Source of the DNA: Chara braunii
Taxonomy: Eukaryota; Plantae; Charophyceae
Reading direction: 5' to 3'
DNA: 64,000 bases
Assembly: GCA_003427395.1 (NCBI GenBank)
Contig: BFEA01000025.1
Span: 1,376,933-1,440,932, forward strand
In this document: positions 23,956 to 37,642 of the stretch, in pieces
Layout: each line of letters starts with the position of its first letter
How positions within the stretch are numbered: position 1 is the first letter of the stretch
The notes under the pieces: model-generated
What the model saw: the letters and a program-made list of their open reading frames with translations, nothing else
The model's database searches: none
What the model was told of the DNA's origin: nothing
Position numbers and translations under genes: made by a program

Positions 23956-26900
23956 TGTGAAACGCTTGTAAACAGATTGACGAAAGAAGGATTAATTTAG
24001 GATCGATTACGTAATTAGAGATTTTAGGTATTACAAATTTGAAATCAACGTGAAATCCAGGCGATGAAGATCAGGATGATCAGGAATATATTCAAAAAGT
24101 TAGTTGGGATATTAATTAAAGATGATAGTATTCCAATGTTAGTTGAGATATTGATTAAGATGATGAAATATGATGATGACTGGATTGGTAACTGGAATGA
24201 TGATTGAATGATTTTATGGTACTAATTTAATAGTACTAGTAGATAAGAGAGCATTCTAAATTCGGGTAGGAACAACTTGACGGTCGTAGCAGTAAGCCGT
24301 AAATAACTAACTGCGTGAAAAGAAGAACGCGCGAGGCATCCGACCACCCTTCCTCCCCCCCTCTATCCCTACTGTCTCTACCCCCCTATACCCCAATCTT
24401 TCCTGCCATTGCCCCCATCCTTCACCCTCTTCCTCCTTTTACCCCGCTCCTCCCCCCCCCCTTCCCCCGGCAATGACCTGCATTTGTTGTCTTGCTATCC
24501 CTCCTTCCCTACTCGGAAGTCGTGCACAGAACCCCAAACAAGTCAGCAGAGAGCAGGTGAGAACGGAGAACGAGAGAGGAGATTGGCGAGAAGAAAGTAG
24601 AGGGTATGAAGAAGGGATAGTGTGATGACCGACCAAACATGGACTGAAACACACAACTGATTTCTGAGCTTTGCCCATAGACTGAACGCCCTGCTGAGTT
24701 TCCCGCTTGCTACTAAGTCTGTGTGTGCATGCTTGTTGGACTGCATGTCTGTCTGAGTGCTGGTTGGCTTGAGTGTGTGTGTGGCCCGCAACGGCACTTG
24801 AGCGTTCATTGGGCCCTCGGGGCCGGTACTTACCTGTGGCCATGACATTGAGGGATTGCAGCAGGAAAAACACTCAAGTAGCGGGTAGGCTGGTACCGCA
24901 CCCTGAAGGGGTAGATGTGCGGGTACTGGAGGCCGAGCAGAAGAAGACAAAAGTGGCATTTTTAGAGGCCCAGTAGTTGTAGGTTAGGTCTAGGTGTACC
25001 AGTCCAACCAATCTGGGTCTAGGGCCTGTACGGGCAATATCAGAGTCTGCAATGATGTTTCCCTCCGAAAGGGAGGAGGTACCGGTTGCTTGGAAGGCCA
25101 AGCGGCCTGGAAGTCACCACCCGAAGAGGCAAGCAGGCCGCTATATCTCCCAGCTGGGCGAAGAGCTCGACCTCTTTTTCGGTGTGCAAGTTTGGCGACA
25201 CACTGGTGGAGCGCCGGTTGGAGCAGCGTTATGCTGGAGCAGCGCTGTTGGGGAGGAAGGAGAAGGACACGAGTGAGGAAGAAGGAAGGAAGGGGGAGGA
25301 GCGCAAGGGGTACCTACCTGGCTATGGTGGCGGCCATGGAACTATTGATTCCCCTGCGGAATTTTATAAGGTCAGTACCCTTCATGTGGGGACCACAGGA
25401 GGGCAGGCCCAGACCTAGGTTTGGAAGAAGGCCCGGTACCCGACAAAAAGGGGCCCCTTCGCTGGAAACTCTTCAGGGGCCAAACAGGCCCGGGTACAGG
25501 TTCGGGAAAGCCATGCTACCGGGGCGCTGCAACTTGTCAACAGCCCCGGAGAACACAAAGAGGCTGAAGCACTCTGAGAAGAAGGCCAGCAAAGTATATA
25601 AGCCCAACCGGGCTCAAAGGCGGGGCACTTCCGAGATACGTACGTACGGGCGCACTATGGAGGAGGAGGGGAGACACTTCCCACATGCGTACTTACGGGC
25701 GCACGACAGAGCTCGAGAGAGACAGGAGGCGCACGAAGCTGGCACGAGTGTGCTGGCTCGGGACGTGGCTGAACACTTTCCCACTCGGCACGTCCAGGCG
25801 CGCCACGGCCCACGGGACTGAGAAAGAGACACGCAAAGGAGCTACGGGCATGCACCAGCGCGCAGGTTCTCACGCACGACAGGCTGTTGCACGCACGACA
25901 GGCTGTTGCACGCACGACAGGCTGTTGCACGCACGACAGGCTGTTGCACGCACAAGTAAGCACTAACGTGCAAGTCCCGCACAACGCACACGCGTAAGCT
26001 GCGCAGCCGCGCACAGACAAGGCACACACGTGCGCAACCGAGCGCGACCCCGAGCATGATTGGGACATCGCACGCACAGCCGCGCTCAGTCGAAGCGCGC
26101 ACATGCTCACTCGAGCATACCTGCGCGAAATTGGGATCAGGGGCGTGGATAACCACGTGCACCACGCGCACACGGGCATGCACCAGCGCGCAGGTTCTCA
26201 CGCGGGGCAGACTGCAGTGCGCACGGGCGCGCACTAGCGCACAAGCCGCGCACAGCGCGTGCGTGTAGCTCACAGCCCCACACAGACAAGGCGCACACAT
26301 GTGCAACCGCGCGCGACCCCTCGCATGATCGGGACGCCACGATCGTAGCCGCGCAGCCACGCTCAGTGGAAGCGCGTGCATGCTCACTCGAGCATACTTG
26401 CGCACTATTGGGGTCGAGGGCGCGGATAACCGCGCACACACGGGCACACGATCGGGACTGGGGTGAGGATAGTCGCGCGCACAACGTGTGCGCACAGATC
26501 GGGGCGCGGAAGTGGCCACGCGCTCACTCGTGCACTATAGCTGGGCGCAACAGCCCAACTCGCGGGTGATCAGAGTCGGGACATCCGGCGGAACAAGCCT
26601 TTGGGACACAATCGGGACATCCGGCAGGACGGGCCTTTTGGGACACAATCGGGACATCCGGCGGGACGGGCCTTTTGGGCACAATCAGGACATCCGACGG
26701 AATGGAACTTTGGGCCAGACTGGGATTTTCTCGACAAGACCAAGACTTGGTCGGGAGACCGGGGGTTCGGACCAGACTGGGATTTCTCGTGCGGGATCGG
26801 AACTCTAACCAGACTGGGACTTCTCGATGGGACTGGGCGAGACGGTGGACGAGACTGGGACTGCGGATGAGGTCGGGACTTGGTCGGGACTTTGGGACAC

Positions 26901-27651
26901 GGAACCTAGGCCAAGTCCTGAAAGGGACTTCCGGGACTGACAGGCGCCTAGTCAAGTCTGGACATTCGAGTTCAGACCGAGACATTTGAGTTCGGTTCGG
27001 GAAATTCGAGACCAAGCCCGGCATTCGGGATCAGGCGGAGACACTTTGGACTGAGTGAGAACTTCGGGACCTGCTCGGGGTCACGAGATTCAAACGCCGA
27101 CAGGCTGAAAGGCGGGACTGGGCAAAGACAGGTCGAGACACCGGGGCCAAGGCCGAGATCGATCAGGGGTCCAACTCCAGCCAGCAGGGGCGGCTCAAGA
27201 ACTGACAAGGAGCGCATTCGAGACTTTGTTTGATCGGGAAATTTTGTCCAACTCATGGTGAAGCTAGATCGAGAACAATGGCCACGATGGGCCCTCGAAT
27301 CTGCCTCAGACACTGAGAATTCGAGCACTATTCCATGGGATCGGAAGCATCCTATCGGGCGGAGGATTCGCCCTAGGTTGATGGTGAGATCGGTCGGAAC
27401 TCAGACCGATTTCCTCGACTTGGACATAGGGTCCGTCTCTGGGGTTGGGCGTAGCGCAGTGAACCCTATCATTTTGGATTAAATGGAAATATACATTTTG
27501 TTATTTCCAAACGCTGGTTTGTGAGTGTTTTGTTGTTGCGTCTTCCGTCAACTCCAGTGCTCATCGAGTGTTTTTTGGACTAACCATTTTTCTTGTGGGT
27601 TACAGGAGCCCCGATCGCCCCTCCCACGGGTGATAGACGTGGGGTGACACA
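23956..27651. repeat. Long LTR-like segment with internal tandem repeats
   Basis: TGTGAAAC...GGGGTGACACA termini, non-coding, TATA-like box near 25595; no clean TSD or PBS seen. Confidence 0.4.
25845..26900. repeat. GC-rich tandem repeats (19-bp CACGCACGACAGGCTGTTG array, longer duplicated block, ~32-bp GGGACATCCGGC units)
   Basis: Directly visible arrays. Confidence 0.85.
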
Positions 27652-29420
27652 CAGGGTGCGATCAGCATGCCGGAAGAACTCTTCTACCCGTCGACAGTGG
27701 TGCCGTTGCCGGGGAAGGCTGCCTCTCGACACTTTGGTCCGCCTGTAACCACAGAGGCGCGGAAGGAGTAGGAGATGAGGTGCAATTTGAGCCGGTTTTT
27801 ACTTTGGATATTTCTTGGTGTGTGCAGGTGCGGTGCGAGCGCGAGTGAGCGGATGACGAACGGCCAACATGTGATCGACGTTCCCGATGAGACGTGGATT
27901 TTGCATTCTCGTGATTTCATCAATTCTTGTATTATCATGATTTCATGCATTCCCTTCATGGATGTTTCTTGTGATTGAGGGAGATTGTTTTGATCCTTCC
28001 CTATCCTTTGGTCAGGCCACCCTGATGTGATTCCAAGAGAGAAAATTGTGACCAAAGGACGAACAGAAGGGATTGAAGGGGAGGGGAGAAGCGCCCTAGA
28101 TCTACAAGGAGTTGGGTGGGACTAGATAAGCTATACGATCATGACGAATAGTTGGGGGGTTTGAACCACAACACGTATCGGGGTGAGACTATGCCTGAAG
28201 TGGACCGAGTAGAGGCATGGATAAGAGTAAGGATGCACGAGTGAGACACCGCCCCTTCATCCACGTGTGACCTCGGTCCACCCTAGGCCTCATGAGTTGA
28301 CCAGCTCGTGCCCAGGTCGCGGTGGAGGAGGCAGGCCAGCGATGATGGTACGTCGATCCGTCCTCCTTCTTGACATGAGGGTAGGGAGAGATACGCCAGC
28401 GGGCGGTTCTTTCCCAGACCTGTTTACGTCTTGAAGAGTTATAGGGATGATTGGCGGGGGCCTATCATGGGGTCTGTGAACTCATCAGTCCTAGAGTCGG
28501 CACAAGGGTGGATACACTGAGAGGAACTTTGGCGTTGTTTAGGAATGGTGTTTATCGAATCGGAGACACAAATCCATTTAAAGGGGGAGAGAGGTTCACT
28601 TGACGTTGTGAACCTGTCGCTAGAAGGGAAAAGCAAGAATAAACCGGCCAGGGAAGAAGGATTGATAGTGAGAGAATGAATCTTCCTGTGGATCTCAGAA
28701 TCGAGTGTCAGCCAAGGCCTTGTGTTAGGAGAGATAGTGAAAGTGAGCCGCTCGTAGCTGAAGTGAATGTTAGGATATATTTATCGAGGACAAGTGGAGA
28801 TTTATGGTCATAGACACTGTGAGGCACTGTTAGGCGCTTCCTTGTCTTGCGTCCTTCAGTCATAGGTACGGATCGCGGTTTTTTAAAAAGTTTTCAGCAG
28901 GATCGGATACTATTGGTCGGTATAAGGTCCGATACGCATATGATTGGGAGCTTCCACGAGCTACTGTAGTTAGAGCTACGACTGTCCCTAGGTTCCTGAC
29001 CGGGTTCGTCTTTGGGAGTGTTGACAGTCATTTGAGATTGGTGGGAGCGCTCGGGAGGACTCTTCAATTCAGGCCTTCGGGGACAGAGCTCTCGCGGCTG
29101 GCCACTTACTGTCTGGATAGAACTGTCCCTACTCGCAGAGAATTGAGGCGGGTATTTTTCCGAGTTAGAGCGGAATTACGTCGAGGGGCGACCGTAGGAG
29201 AGACTGGCAGGGCTAGGATATTGGACGCAGAGCTAGTAGAGGACTAAATGCCTCAGTACGGTGAGAAGTATCCTGTTGAGTTCCGTCAATTCTGGTATAA
29301 GGAGCCCAAGTTCATTAACGAGGACTGGGTGGAATTTACCTGACCTGGGAGGGCGATCCGAACACCCAACAGGGGAATGTAGACAGGATATGAAGGTCAA
29401 GTTTATTGAGACCAGGGGTT

Positions 29421-29942
29421 CAACAGAAAAATTCCCATGAGAAATGAAAGTTGAAAAAACATTCCATAAAAAAAAAATCCTTCATATTTATAAATTATCA
29501 TTCCAATGTTTGTCTAATTCTAAAATTTTCAATTTAATTTGATAAGTTTCCGTCTAAATATGAGTTTTCCCTTCCAACTACATCTATTTGTTCAAGATGG
29601 AATGAAAGTCTGGACGAGTTTATGAAATGTTTTAATTACACTTTCATTCCACTACAACAAATATCATCTGATTTAGATTGGATTAACTTATTTATGACTG
29701 GAAATCCTTACTTAGAATGACAGTCCAATTAAAATATTTCATGAACTCATCTGGACTTTCATTCCATCTCTAGCATGTAGTTCAAATAAGAAGGGATACC
29801 CCATTCTTGGAAGGAAAGTTTTCAAGTAAGACAAAAAATTTTAAAATTGGAATGACAATTTTTAAGATGGAATGAAAAATTGAAATTATTAATGTAATTT
29901 TACTCGAGAATGATTATTTAATTCTGGGAATTTTTTCTGTTG
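29421..29942. mobile_element. AT-rich foldback MITE with 3-bp TSD (GTT)
   Basis: TIR CAACAGAAAAATTCCCA / TGGGAATTTTTTCTGTTG; internal inverted arms at ~29597-29640 and ~29727-29769. Confidence 0.85.
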
Positions 29943-31959
29943 GTTGGCTGTTGATCGTAGCCTTGGTGGGATTCGACCGGGATACGAGAGGGAGAGCGGT
30001 AGCGGATTCGCTCGCGTTAGTGGTGAAGGGCTACCTTTACTACCAAACCTCTGTATTGGCATAAATAGTTTTCAAGGCAGTAGAACAAAGCTATCAGGAC
30101 CTGAACCTAGGAACGGTGCCGAGTCTCGACCCTTATACCTGGCAGAACGAGGTAACGGATCGGGGCATATTACAGAAAGAGGTTGACAGACTCCAGAAAG
30201 AGGAGCTCCGTTGGGATAGGGATTTTAGGACGGTAGTTGTCTCCCTCCGGCTTGCCAAGGAACGGTTCTTACCGCTGTTTGAAAGGGCATTGAGGCTTTC
30301 CATTCCGATTTCGTTTTGGAAGCGTTCCTTGGGGGGTTGGATCGTCTGATTGAACTCCACTGGGCGTTCCTCTAGATCCGATGTCTCTTGAGGAGTAGTG
30401 ACGAACATCACGCATATTACGCGTTGTGGAAGTAGAGACCCGGGACAAGTGACTCGGCGTTAGAGCTTGTTTAGCTGATCAGAGAGCCTCGCAAAGGAGT
30501 TTGTGGGAAGCTCCCAGAGAGGATCAGCCGGTCAAGTTCTGGGTTAATTTTGATAAGGCAATCCGAGAGTCATCCTTGTACGTGACAGGGCTTATGGAAT
30601 TATTCGAGAGTTGGGACATTGACGGCATCGATAGAGTAAGGTCACTCATAGATCCATTTGACTTATATTTCCACTATCGCGCCCTAGAGCCAGAAGACGA
30701 GGAGAAGGAATACGGGGAGGAAGATTGAGTCCAGGAAGAGTGGGAAGAAGTGCGAGAGAGCCCTAAGGAGTGGGAAGATGTACGGGATTTCCCCGAGGAA
30801 AGGATAGGGTATTTCAAGAATGAGATTGAGATCGAGAGATGTGCTAAAAAGTAGTGGCCAAGAATAGGGGTCCGGATGAGTTCGAAGGCTAGAAATGTTT
30901 GTGCTCTTGATGAGTAGACTCTCTTGGGAAGAAGGGGTAAGCTGGGGGTTACCATCGTCCAGTGATCCGACCATTGGATCCTTATTGAAAGACTGGACTT
31001 CCTTGACTTTGGGTGAACCTTTCTTATACGTAATTAAGTATTATACTGCGATAGTGAATATTGAGCTAAAATAAATGGTTTACATATTGGTGGCTAAGTT
31101 TGTGGAAATTCGTGAGTATGATATAGGGATTTACAATGGAGAGGAAGGAGATTGACGGGCGCATTGTTGGGGTGCCGAAATTGGGCAGAGATGATACCTT
31201 ATGCCTATAAGAGAAGGCTGAAAAAGGAAGGAAAGAGAGTTACCCTGGGAATAAAGGCAAGGGAATACAGCGTTGCCCCTAGTCCGCCTATTCCCGATAG
31301 TTATCTTGATGGGAGCAACTGAGAGCGTATGTTAAAGATGGTACTCAGGGCACGATGCTGGGGGAGGTGAGTGATGAGTAAAGAAAAATGGATTTTTAGT
31401 GAAGAATTGGAAGTGAGGAGAGAGAAGTTCCTCTAAGGGAATAGGCCACCAAGAGAGAAATTTGAGGCCGTTTGTGCATCGCTAAGTTTCTTAGGGAGGA
31501 GAGAACCGATTCCGTACGAAGTTGAGACATACGAGTTAGTGGATAACGGCAGGGAGCAGATACACCTTTATGTAATGATCGTGCAATTCCTCGGAACAGA
31601 AGTGCACGATGTACGAATCTATTTACCAATAGAGAGGGAGGTTGACCTCGTTTATGGCCGATGTTGGGAAAGAGCAAGAGAAGTGGTCGAAGATGAAAGG
31701 GATAGTTTGCTTTTGTTAGGCAAGACCGTCATCTGGAGCACGCAAATAACAGTCTTTGAGCAACTTCCTAAGCCCCGACGCCCGACGAAGTAATGAGAGA
31801 CGAGAGTCAGGAAACTACGATTGAATTCGTCCTGCAACATCGGGCCGCTAATGGCCAGAGATGGTGATTTCCAATCCGATAGCGGTAACGTAATTTGAGA
31901 ATGACTCACAAGCGGTTATCGGGTAGCTGAAAATTCAGGAATGAAAATTCTGAAGTGAG

Positions 31960-32345
31960 AGTTTTGGACAGTCTGAAAATCTTGAATGGTCCTGAAGTGG
32001 TGAAAGGTTCAAAAACCTTGAAAACCACATGTTTAGGCAGGCTGCATCCTGAAGTGGTGAAGCGTGTCACGAAGTCGTCAAGTGAGAGTTTTTGGCAGTT
32101 TGAAAATCCTGAATGGTCCGGAACTGGTGAGAGGTCCGAAGATCATGAAAACCACCTTTCACCACTTGAGGATGCAGCCTACCTAAACAGGTGATTTTCA
32201 AGGTCTTCAGAGCTTTCACCACTTCATGACCATTCAAGATTTTCAGACCTGAATGATCCTGAAGTGGTGAAAAGTCCGAAGACCCTAAAAACCACCTGTT
32301 TAGGTAGGTTGCACCCCGAAGTGGTGAAGGGTGTCCTGAAGTGGT
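31960..32345. repeat. ~90-bp unit in direct and inverted copies
   Basis: CCTGAAGTGGTGAA...GTTTAGG(C/T)AGG unit direct at ~31980 and ~32250, partial at ~32110, inverted at ~32157-32248. Confidence 0.8.
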
Positions 32346-34433
32346 GATGAAAAATACGACTGTTGTTGACCTTCTCTCGAAGGACTGAAATGGGAGCTTG
32401 CTCGGAAGAAGTCGAACGACCTACGCCGACTATTAGAGCATGGTCTCACGAGGACTTGTGTGTGTTAAGGACTTCGATCCGTAGGAGGTTAAGATACCCT
32501 GAAACTGTATTAGTGGAGATAAGGAGAGGTTCCGCGTGCGTTGAAGGGCAAGAGGGCGAACTTTACCTTGATACTGGTCTGTTTAGAATTGAAGGTGAAC
32601 ACGAAGTTCGAGACGAAGGAGGGAGAGTGAAAGTTATATTGAGGGCAGTGACGAACTAAAGAGGTAAGGGTGATGATGAGTGAGATTGTGTCGTTCCGAC
32701 TCTGGTTCCCTCGAGAAAGGGGGGCTGGTAGGCTAAGTAGAGAGGAGGAGAAGCGGTTTCTGGACTCTCTGAACAAGCTTGCTCCGAGAGAGGTTTTCCC
32801 TTACGTGATTGCGAGATACGAGGCTTTGAAGAAGTTTGGTTGGGGAGGCGAATGCCTTTATGTATTGACCTTGTATTTCATTGATCTTGACGAGTATGAC
32901 ACGCGGATCTATGTGCCAAAAGACAGGTATAGAGAGAAACGACGTGGTAGTTGTTAGGAACGGGCCGTCGGGATAGTCCTATAAGAGAAGAGGAGACTGA
33001 AAAGGGACGGTGAGATTTATGTCTGGAGCACGGACGTGGTGCCTTTTGTAGGGATAACTAAACCTCAGTCTAGCATGGTCGTGCTCCAAAGGAATGGATG
33101 AGAGGCAATAATAGAGTTTGTACGGAGGATTAAAGGCGGTGAACTGACGGCTAGTAGCTCTGCTGAGACCGGGAGTGGGACCGAGAGCGATGCCGGGAGC
33201 GGTGACTGAAGAGGACGAAGTGAATAGGGTGTCTTTCGCCAAAAGGATAACGCCGGTCATTCGAGTTTGGTCGACGAGATCACTGGATGAACGTAGTTGT
33301 AGGCACCTAGCCGAGAAAGCGATTGAACGAGAACGACCTAGGTTGCTTGCGTCAGTGGTGACTGAAAGGCGGATAACCTATGACGTAATGGTATGGTCGC
33401 TGGGATGGCTGAAGTACGAAGTGGAGGAATACGAGACCGTCCAAGAGGCACGATCCCTCATGTAAGGGGAAGAGACGAAAATATTAATTCGCTCATTGAG
33501 TTGTTTCTTGATCCAATAAACGATAAGGTAGTGGATCTAGTGGATGGGTATAAGGATTAGTGCGGTTCTACAGATGAACAAGGACTCCTTGCGCTTGAGA
33601 AGAGAATTGAAGAATTGGTTGTGAATCTTGTGATCTACAAGGAGGAGAGAGAGAGGGTAGTCAACTAGAGGGATGCGTTTTTGGCTAGAAGAATGAGAGA
33701 GATCCGTAGAGAAGATAGAAGGGATGGCTAGCGGGCACGGAGAGAACAAGAAGTATCAACTGGTTGGTGCGGCAAAGATAGAAGGATCCTTTGTGCGAGC
33801 TAGAGTAGAGATGATACATGAGGAGAGATTAAGTCAGGAAAAGGAGGCTGAGTGTGCTAGAAAAACAATCAAGGAAGCAAGAATATGTGCAATCTTGCAG
33901 GCGGCGGATGAACTCCAATTGGCAAAAATTGAAATCCACACGAAATCGTTTAAAGGAGAGACGTTTTTTAGGATATGGAGAGAAACCATTGTTGAGGCAA
34001 GAATGAAATTGAGGGAGGACGTAGGAGAGTTCGGAGAGCTTTTTAAGGATATAGTCGATGGGATTTCATTGAGAACATTGACTTCGAGTTACTCGAAAGT
34101 TGTGCTGACCACTGCTCTAGTTGTTAGAGCAGAAGGAGAGGACACTGACTTCGAGGTGTTACAAGAAATTCTGGAAGGTTCGATTGACTGAATCTCAGCG
34201 GCTTTGAACCACATACCTGAAGGTTAGGTAGGAAGGATGGACGCCGAACGAGCTTATTTGACTTCGATTGGAGGAGATGTGAAGACACAAGAGTCGAGGA
34301 CAAACAACCCTGAAAGGAAGATGGGCGTAGAGTGAAGTAGTGATGCCGAGAAACTAAGGAGGGTCTTGAGAGAATTAGAGATCTGGCTAAGGAACTGGAA
34401 GGGAGGAGCGCTAAGGGAGAGAGTTGGAGAAAG

Positions 34434-35600
34434 GTGGCCTTGACAAAGCCCAAGATGGCTAGGTTTACAGAAGCTGGTGCTAGGGACACCTGGAGAGAGG
34501 CATTTGGGGAACCTTACAGAATGATTCCTTATTCGATAGCGTATACATCGAGCTCATGTACGCCCCATTTCTTCAGACCTCTTGTGTACCAACCACCTTC
34601 TTTTGTTGGGGTTCTGAAAATCTTCACGGACCGAAATGTCTCCGAGTTCCTGGATGACTGGGAAGTCATTGGCATGAGAGGGGAGTGCACTGACCAAGAG
34701 ATGATTGCGAACTTCCTTCATCACACGGTACCTAAGATAGATCGAGAAGTGGGAGGGGCTATTCCCGATGATGGTCGATGGATGACGTTCAGGGAAAGAG
34801 TGACTCGAGCGTTCGTGTGTGATGAGATTTCTTACTCGGTTGAAGATTTGAGGGAAATGAAAAAGGAGGAGAATGAGAGCCTAGTAGCATTTGCTAACAG
34901 ATATGAGAAGGCCTCGGACCCCCTAGTGGAAGTAGGACTTATGGCAGAAATAAAAAGGTGCGGGATATTCCCGGGCACCTTGCCTAAAGAAAAATGCGAA
35001 ATTGTAGTGCGAGAGCCCCTAACGAAAAGGGTGACATTCGCGCATGTCAAGGCCTTAGCCTACGATAAAGAAGGGCAAAATGCTAGGACGTATATATTGA
35101 AGGTTCTAAATAACTTGGGGAAAGGAGTAACTTTTGGCAGAGGAGGAGGAAGACCTCAAATTGAAGACCGTAAGGTAAGGATGGAAGGAAGGGAAACGAA
35201 TTCGAACTCGCCAAGGAAGGGGGAGTCTAGTTGAAGCGATGGGGAATGAAAAAAGGGAAATCGAGGAGGCTAGAAGAGAAATGATGGTGAATGGGGGACC
35301 TCTAAATGGTCGAATACAAAGGATAGTCAATGGAAGTCTAAGGATGAGATAGAAGGTAGGAGGCCTGAAAGGCATGAGGACGAAATAGCCAAGGAAATAA
35401 AAACCCTGAAGGCAGCAATGGAGAAACTATAGAATAGTGCCCAGAAAAGAGGGGAGTCACCGGCGCGGTTGACTCCACAATCGGAGAATAAAGAAAGGGG
35501 GGACCCTAGTTCAAAACGGACATGGAATGATAAGGCTTGCATGTATTGTGGCGATGAGGACCACCGGAAAAGGGACTGTCAAGCCATGTTGGATGCCTTA
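34434..35600 (+). pseudogene. gag of Gypsy B
   Basis: FTDRNVSEFLDDWE, KKEENESLVAFANRYE, knuckle CMYCGDEDHRKRDC at 35538-35579. Confidence 0.85.
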
Positions 35601-36108
35601 ACGGAAAGGATCATCGAATTAGATGATAGGAAATATGTGATGTGAATGAATGAAGGAAAGCTTGTGGCGTTCCTGCCCTCGAATAAGATTAACGTGGACA
35701 TCCGAAGGAGGAGAATGAACGAGGCAAGGGCTAAACAAGTGCAAGTACCGCTAACCCCGAAGGTCTCGAGGGTGACCTTTGAAGATGAGATGGACGAAGT
35801 GGCTGAGAGTCCGAGGATCGGGATCTCCTCTATTAAGTTTGAGGAGCGATAACCGGAAACGAGGCCTTCGTTTGCACTCAAGGGGTTGAAGAATCAAGTA
35901 AAGGGAAGAAGGACGATTTGGATCAGTCAATGATGGATGAACAGGTGGAGTCACCTAGGTCGCACTTATCCCCTAGGAAAAGGGGGTCTAAGAAGTTTTA
36001 GTTGAAGAGCTCGTTGGACAAAGTCGACCTGAGAGAACCTCTAAGGAGGGCGATGGACATGCCCATCCCTATTACTCTCAAGGAATTTATAGCTGGTTGC
36101 GGCTCCGC

Positions 36109-36818
36109 TGTCGGCGCGAATACCCTTACAAGGGTATCCGCCCTGGATTTTTGTAGGTGACAGGAAATGAGTTTGATTCGGAATTTAAGAGTAGATCGCG
36201 CGAGGCGTGACAATCCTTTGTCTACGCTGACTGAAGGTGTGACTAGACTAGAGATAAAAAGTGTGTGGGCGCGCAGACTTAAGGCGTGCGTGGTCTTTCC
36301 GAGAATTGATAGATCTGGGGGCTGGCGTGGATGTCAACCACCTATTATTATTATTATTTTTTTTTAATTAAACTAAGGTTTTGAAGGGTTCGTGTCTTTC
36401 GGCCAGCACGCCTGACCAACGGGGAATTTGGCGTGCAGGATGACACGCGTGGCGGCCAGTGTCGGTTACGGCACAATTTGAACAAACCGGCGCGGACGTT
36501 TAGCGGTCACGCACTTGGTTGCAAACGGAGATGAAGCCCGGGCCGCTCTTCCGGCCCAGGGGCATCGCGCTGCAGCGGTTTATATGGAGCTTTATGCACG
36601 CTGGTCTCGGATTTGGGCTTAGCCCTATAGGTTATGACAGTGGAATTGTGACACACGGGTCTGGGGATCGAGGCCGGCATGAGGCGACGAGGGAGCAGCG
36701 GAGCGGCTTGCGGAAGCTCCATGTATATTTGCGACAAAGGATTCAAACCAACTCCTGCGTGACGCGGTCGGAAGGGTCCCGCGCTGCCCTGTGCGGTGTC
36801 GGACCGATGCGCTCGACA
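36109..36818. mobile_element. TG...CA insertion (probable solo LTR) with 4-bp TSD CCGC
   Basis: TGTCGGCGC / GCGCTCGACA ends; removing it restores the frame EFIAGCGSAKDEFIRMMKK. Confidence 0.85.
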
Positions 36819-37300
36819 CCGCGAAGGATGAATTTATAAGAATGATGAAGAAGGCAAAAGTGTCACTATCAGAAGCAACGGTCGTTGGGGACTTCAAAGC
36901 AGAGACAAAAACTTTTGTATTAACGGCAGAAAAAGAGAAGGAAAAAGACGAAGAGACCGCTGAGGGAGAGGGCAGTTACTTCTATGTCCTTGGGAGCGAA
37001 AAACTGAAGGTTACCGTGAATGGAGTTAAGATGGAAGCTATTATCGACGACGGGTCAGAGTCTACCGTCTGCGAGGACAAGGTAGCTAGAAGGCTCGGAT
37101 TAGAGGTGGATATGAGTGTTGCCATGACTATGGTATCGGCTAACAAGTCAAGACATCCGTCGCTTGGAGTTTATCATAAGGCCAAGGTAGTAGTAGCAGG
37201 ACTCGAAGCTACCATACCAGTCTTCACTGTTGAACACTGCTCATCTTAGTTAATCCTAGGGAGGACTTGGCTAACACATGTCAACGCTACTACTGAGAAT
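36819..37300 (+). pseudogene. Aspartic protease of Gypsy B
   Basis: AIIDDGSESTV and LILGRTWL motifs. Confidence 0.88.
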
Positions 37301-37642
37301 AAACATGACCGAAGTTAGACAGTCACCATAGATAGGCCTAAGGGTAGCAAGGTCACACTAAAGACAGTGAATGAGTTTGATAAGCGTCACAAAGTTTCCC
37401 CACAGACTATAGGACAGTTGATGACACGAAGTTGCCAAATGATACTTGAAGAACTTGTCTTGGAGCCCCATAAAGTAAAAGGGAAGAGGATAGAGGTTGA
37501 AAACTTGGAGGATAAATACGTGGTGGATGGAACTGTTCACCCCAAAGAAAGCGACAACGAGGAATTCGAAGGATGCATAAAGTTTCATAAACATTTCTTT
37601 TTTGGAGGAATTTTTGCACACGGCGGGGGGAAGAAAAACAAT

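Larger units (their letters stand above)
27652..37585 (+). mobile_element. Gypsy element B, long 5' accessory region + gag + protease
   Basis: gag-like ORF at 34434, zinc knuckle, protease, then the start of the PR-RT linker; left boundary uncertain. Confidence 0.8.

Noticed and set aside
24994-27328. Long ORFs in the GC-rich segment
   Set aside because: Arise from GC-rich tandem repeats on both strands; no domain motifs
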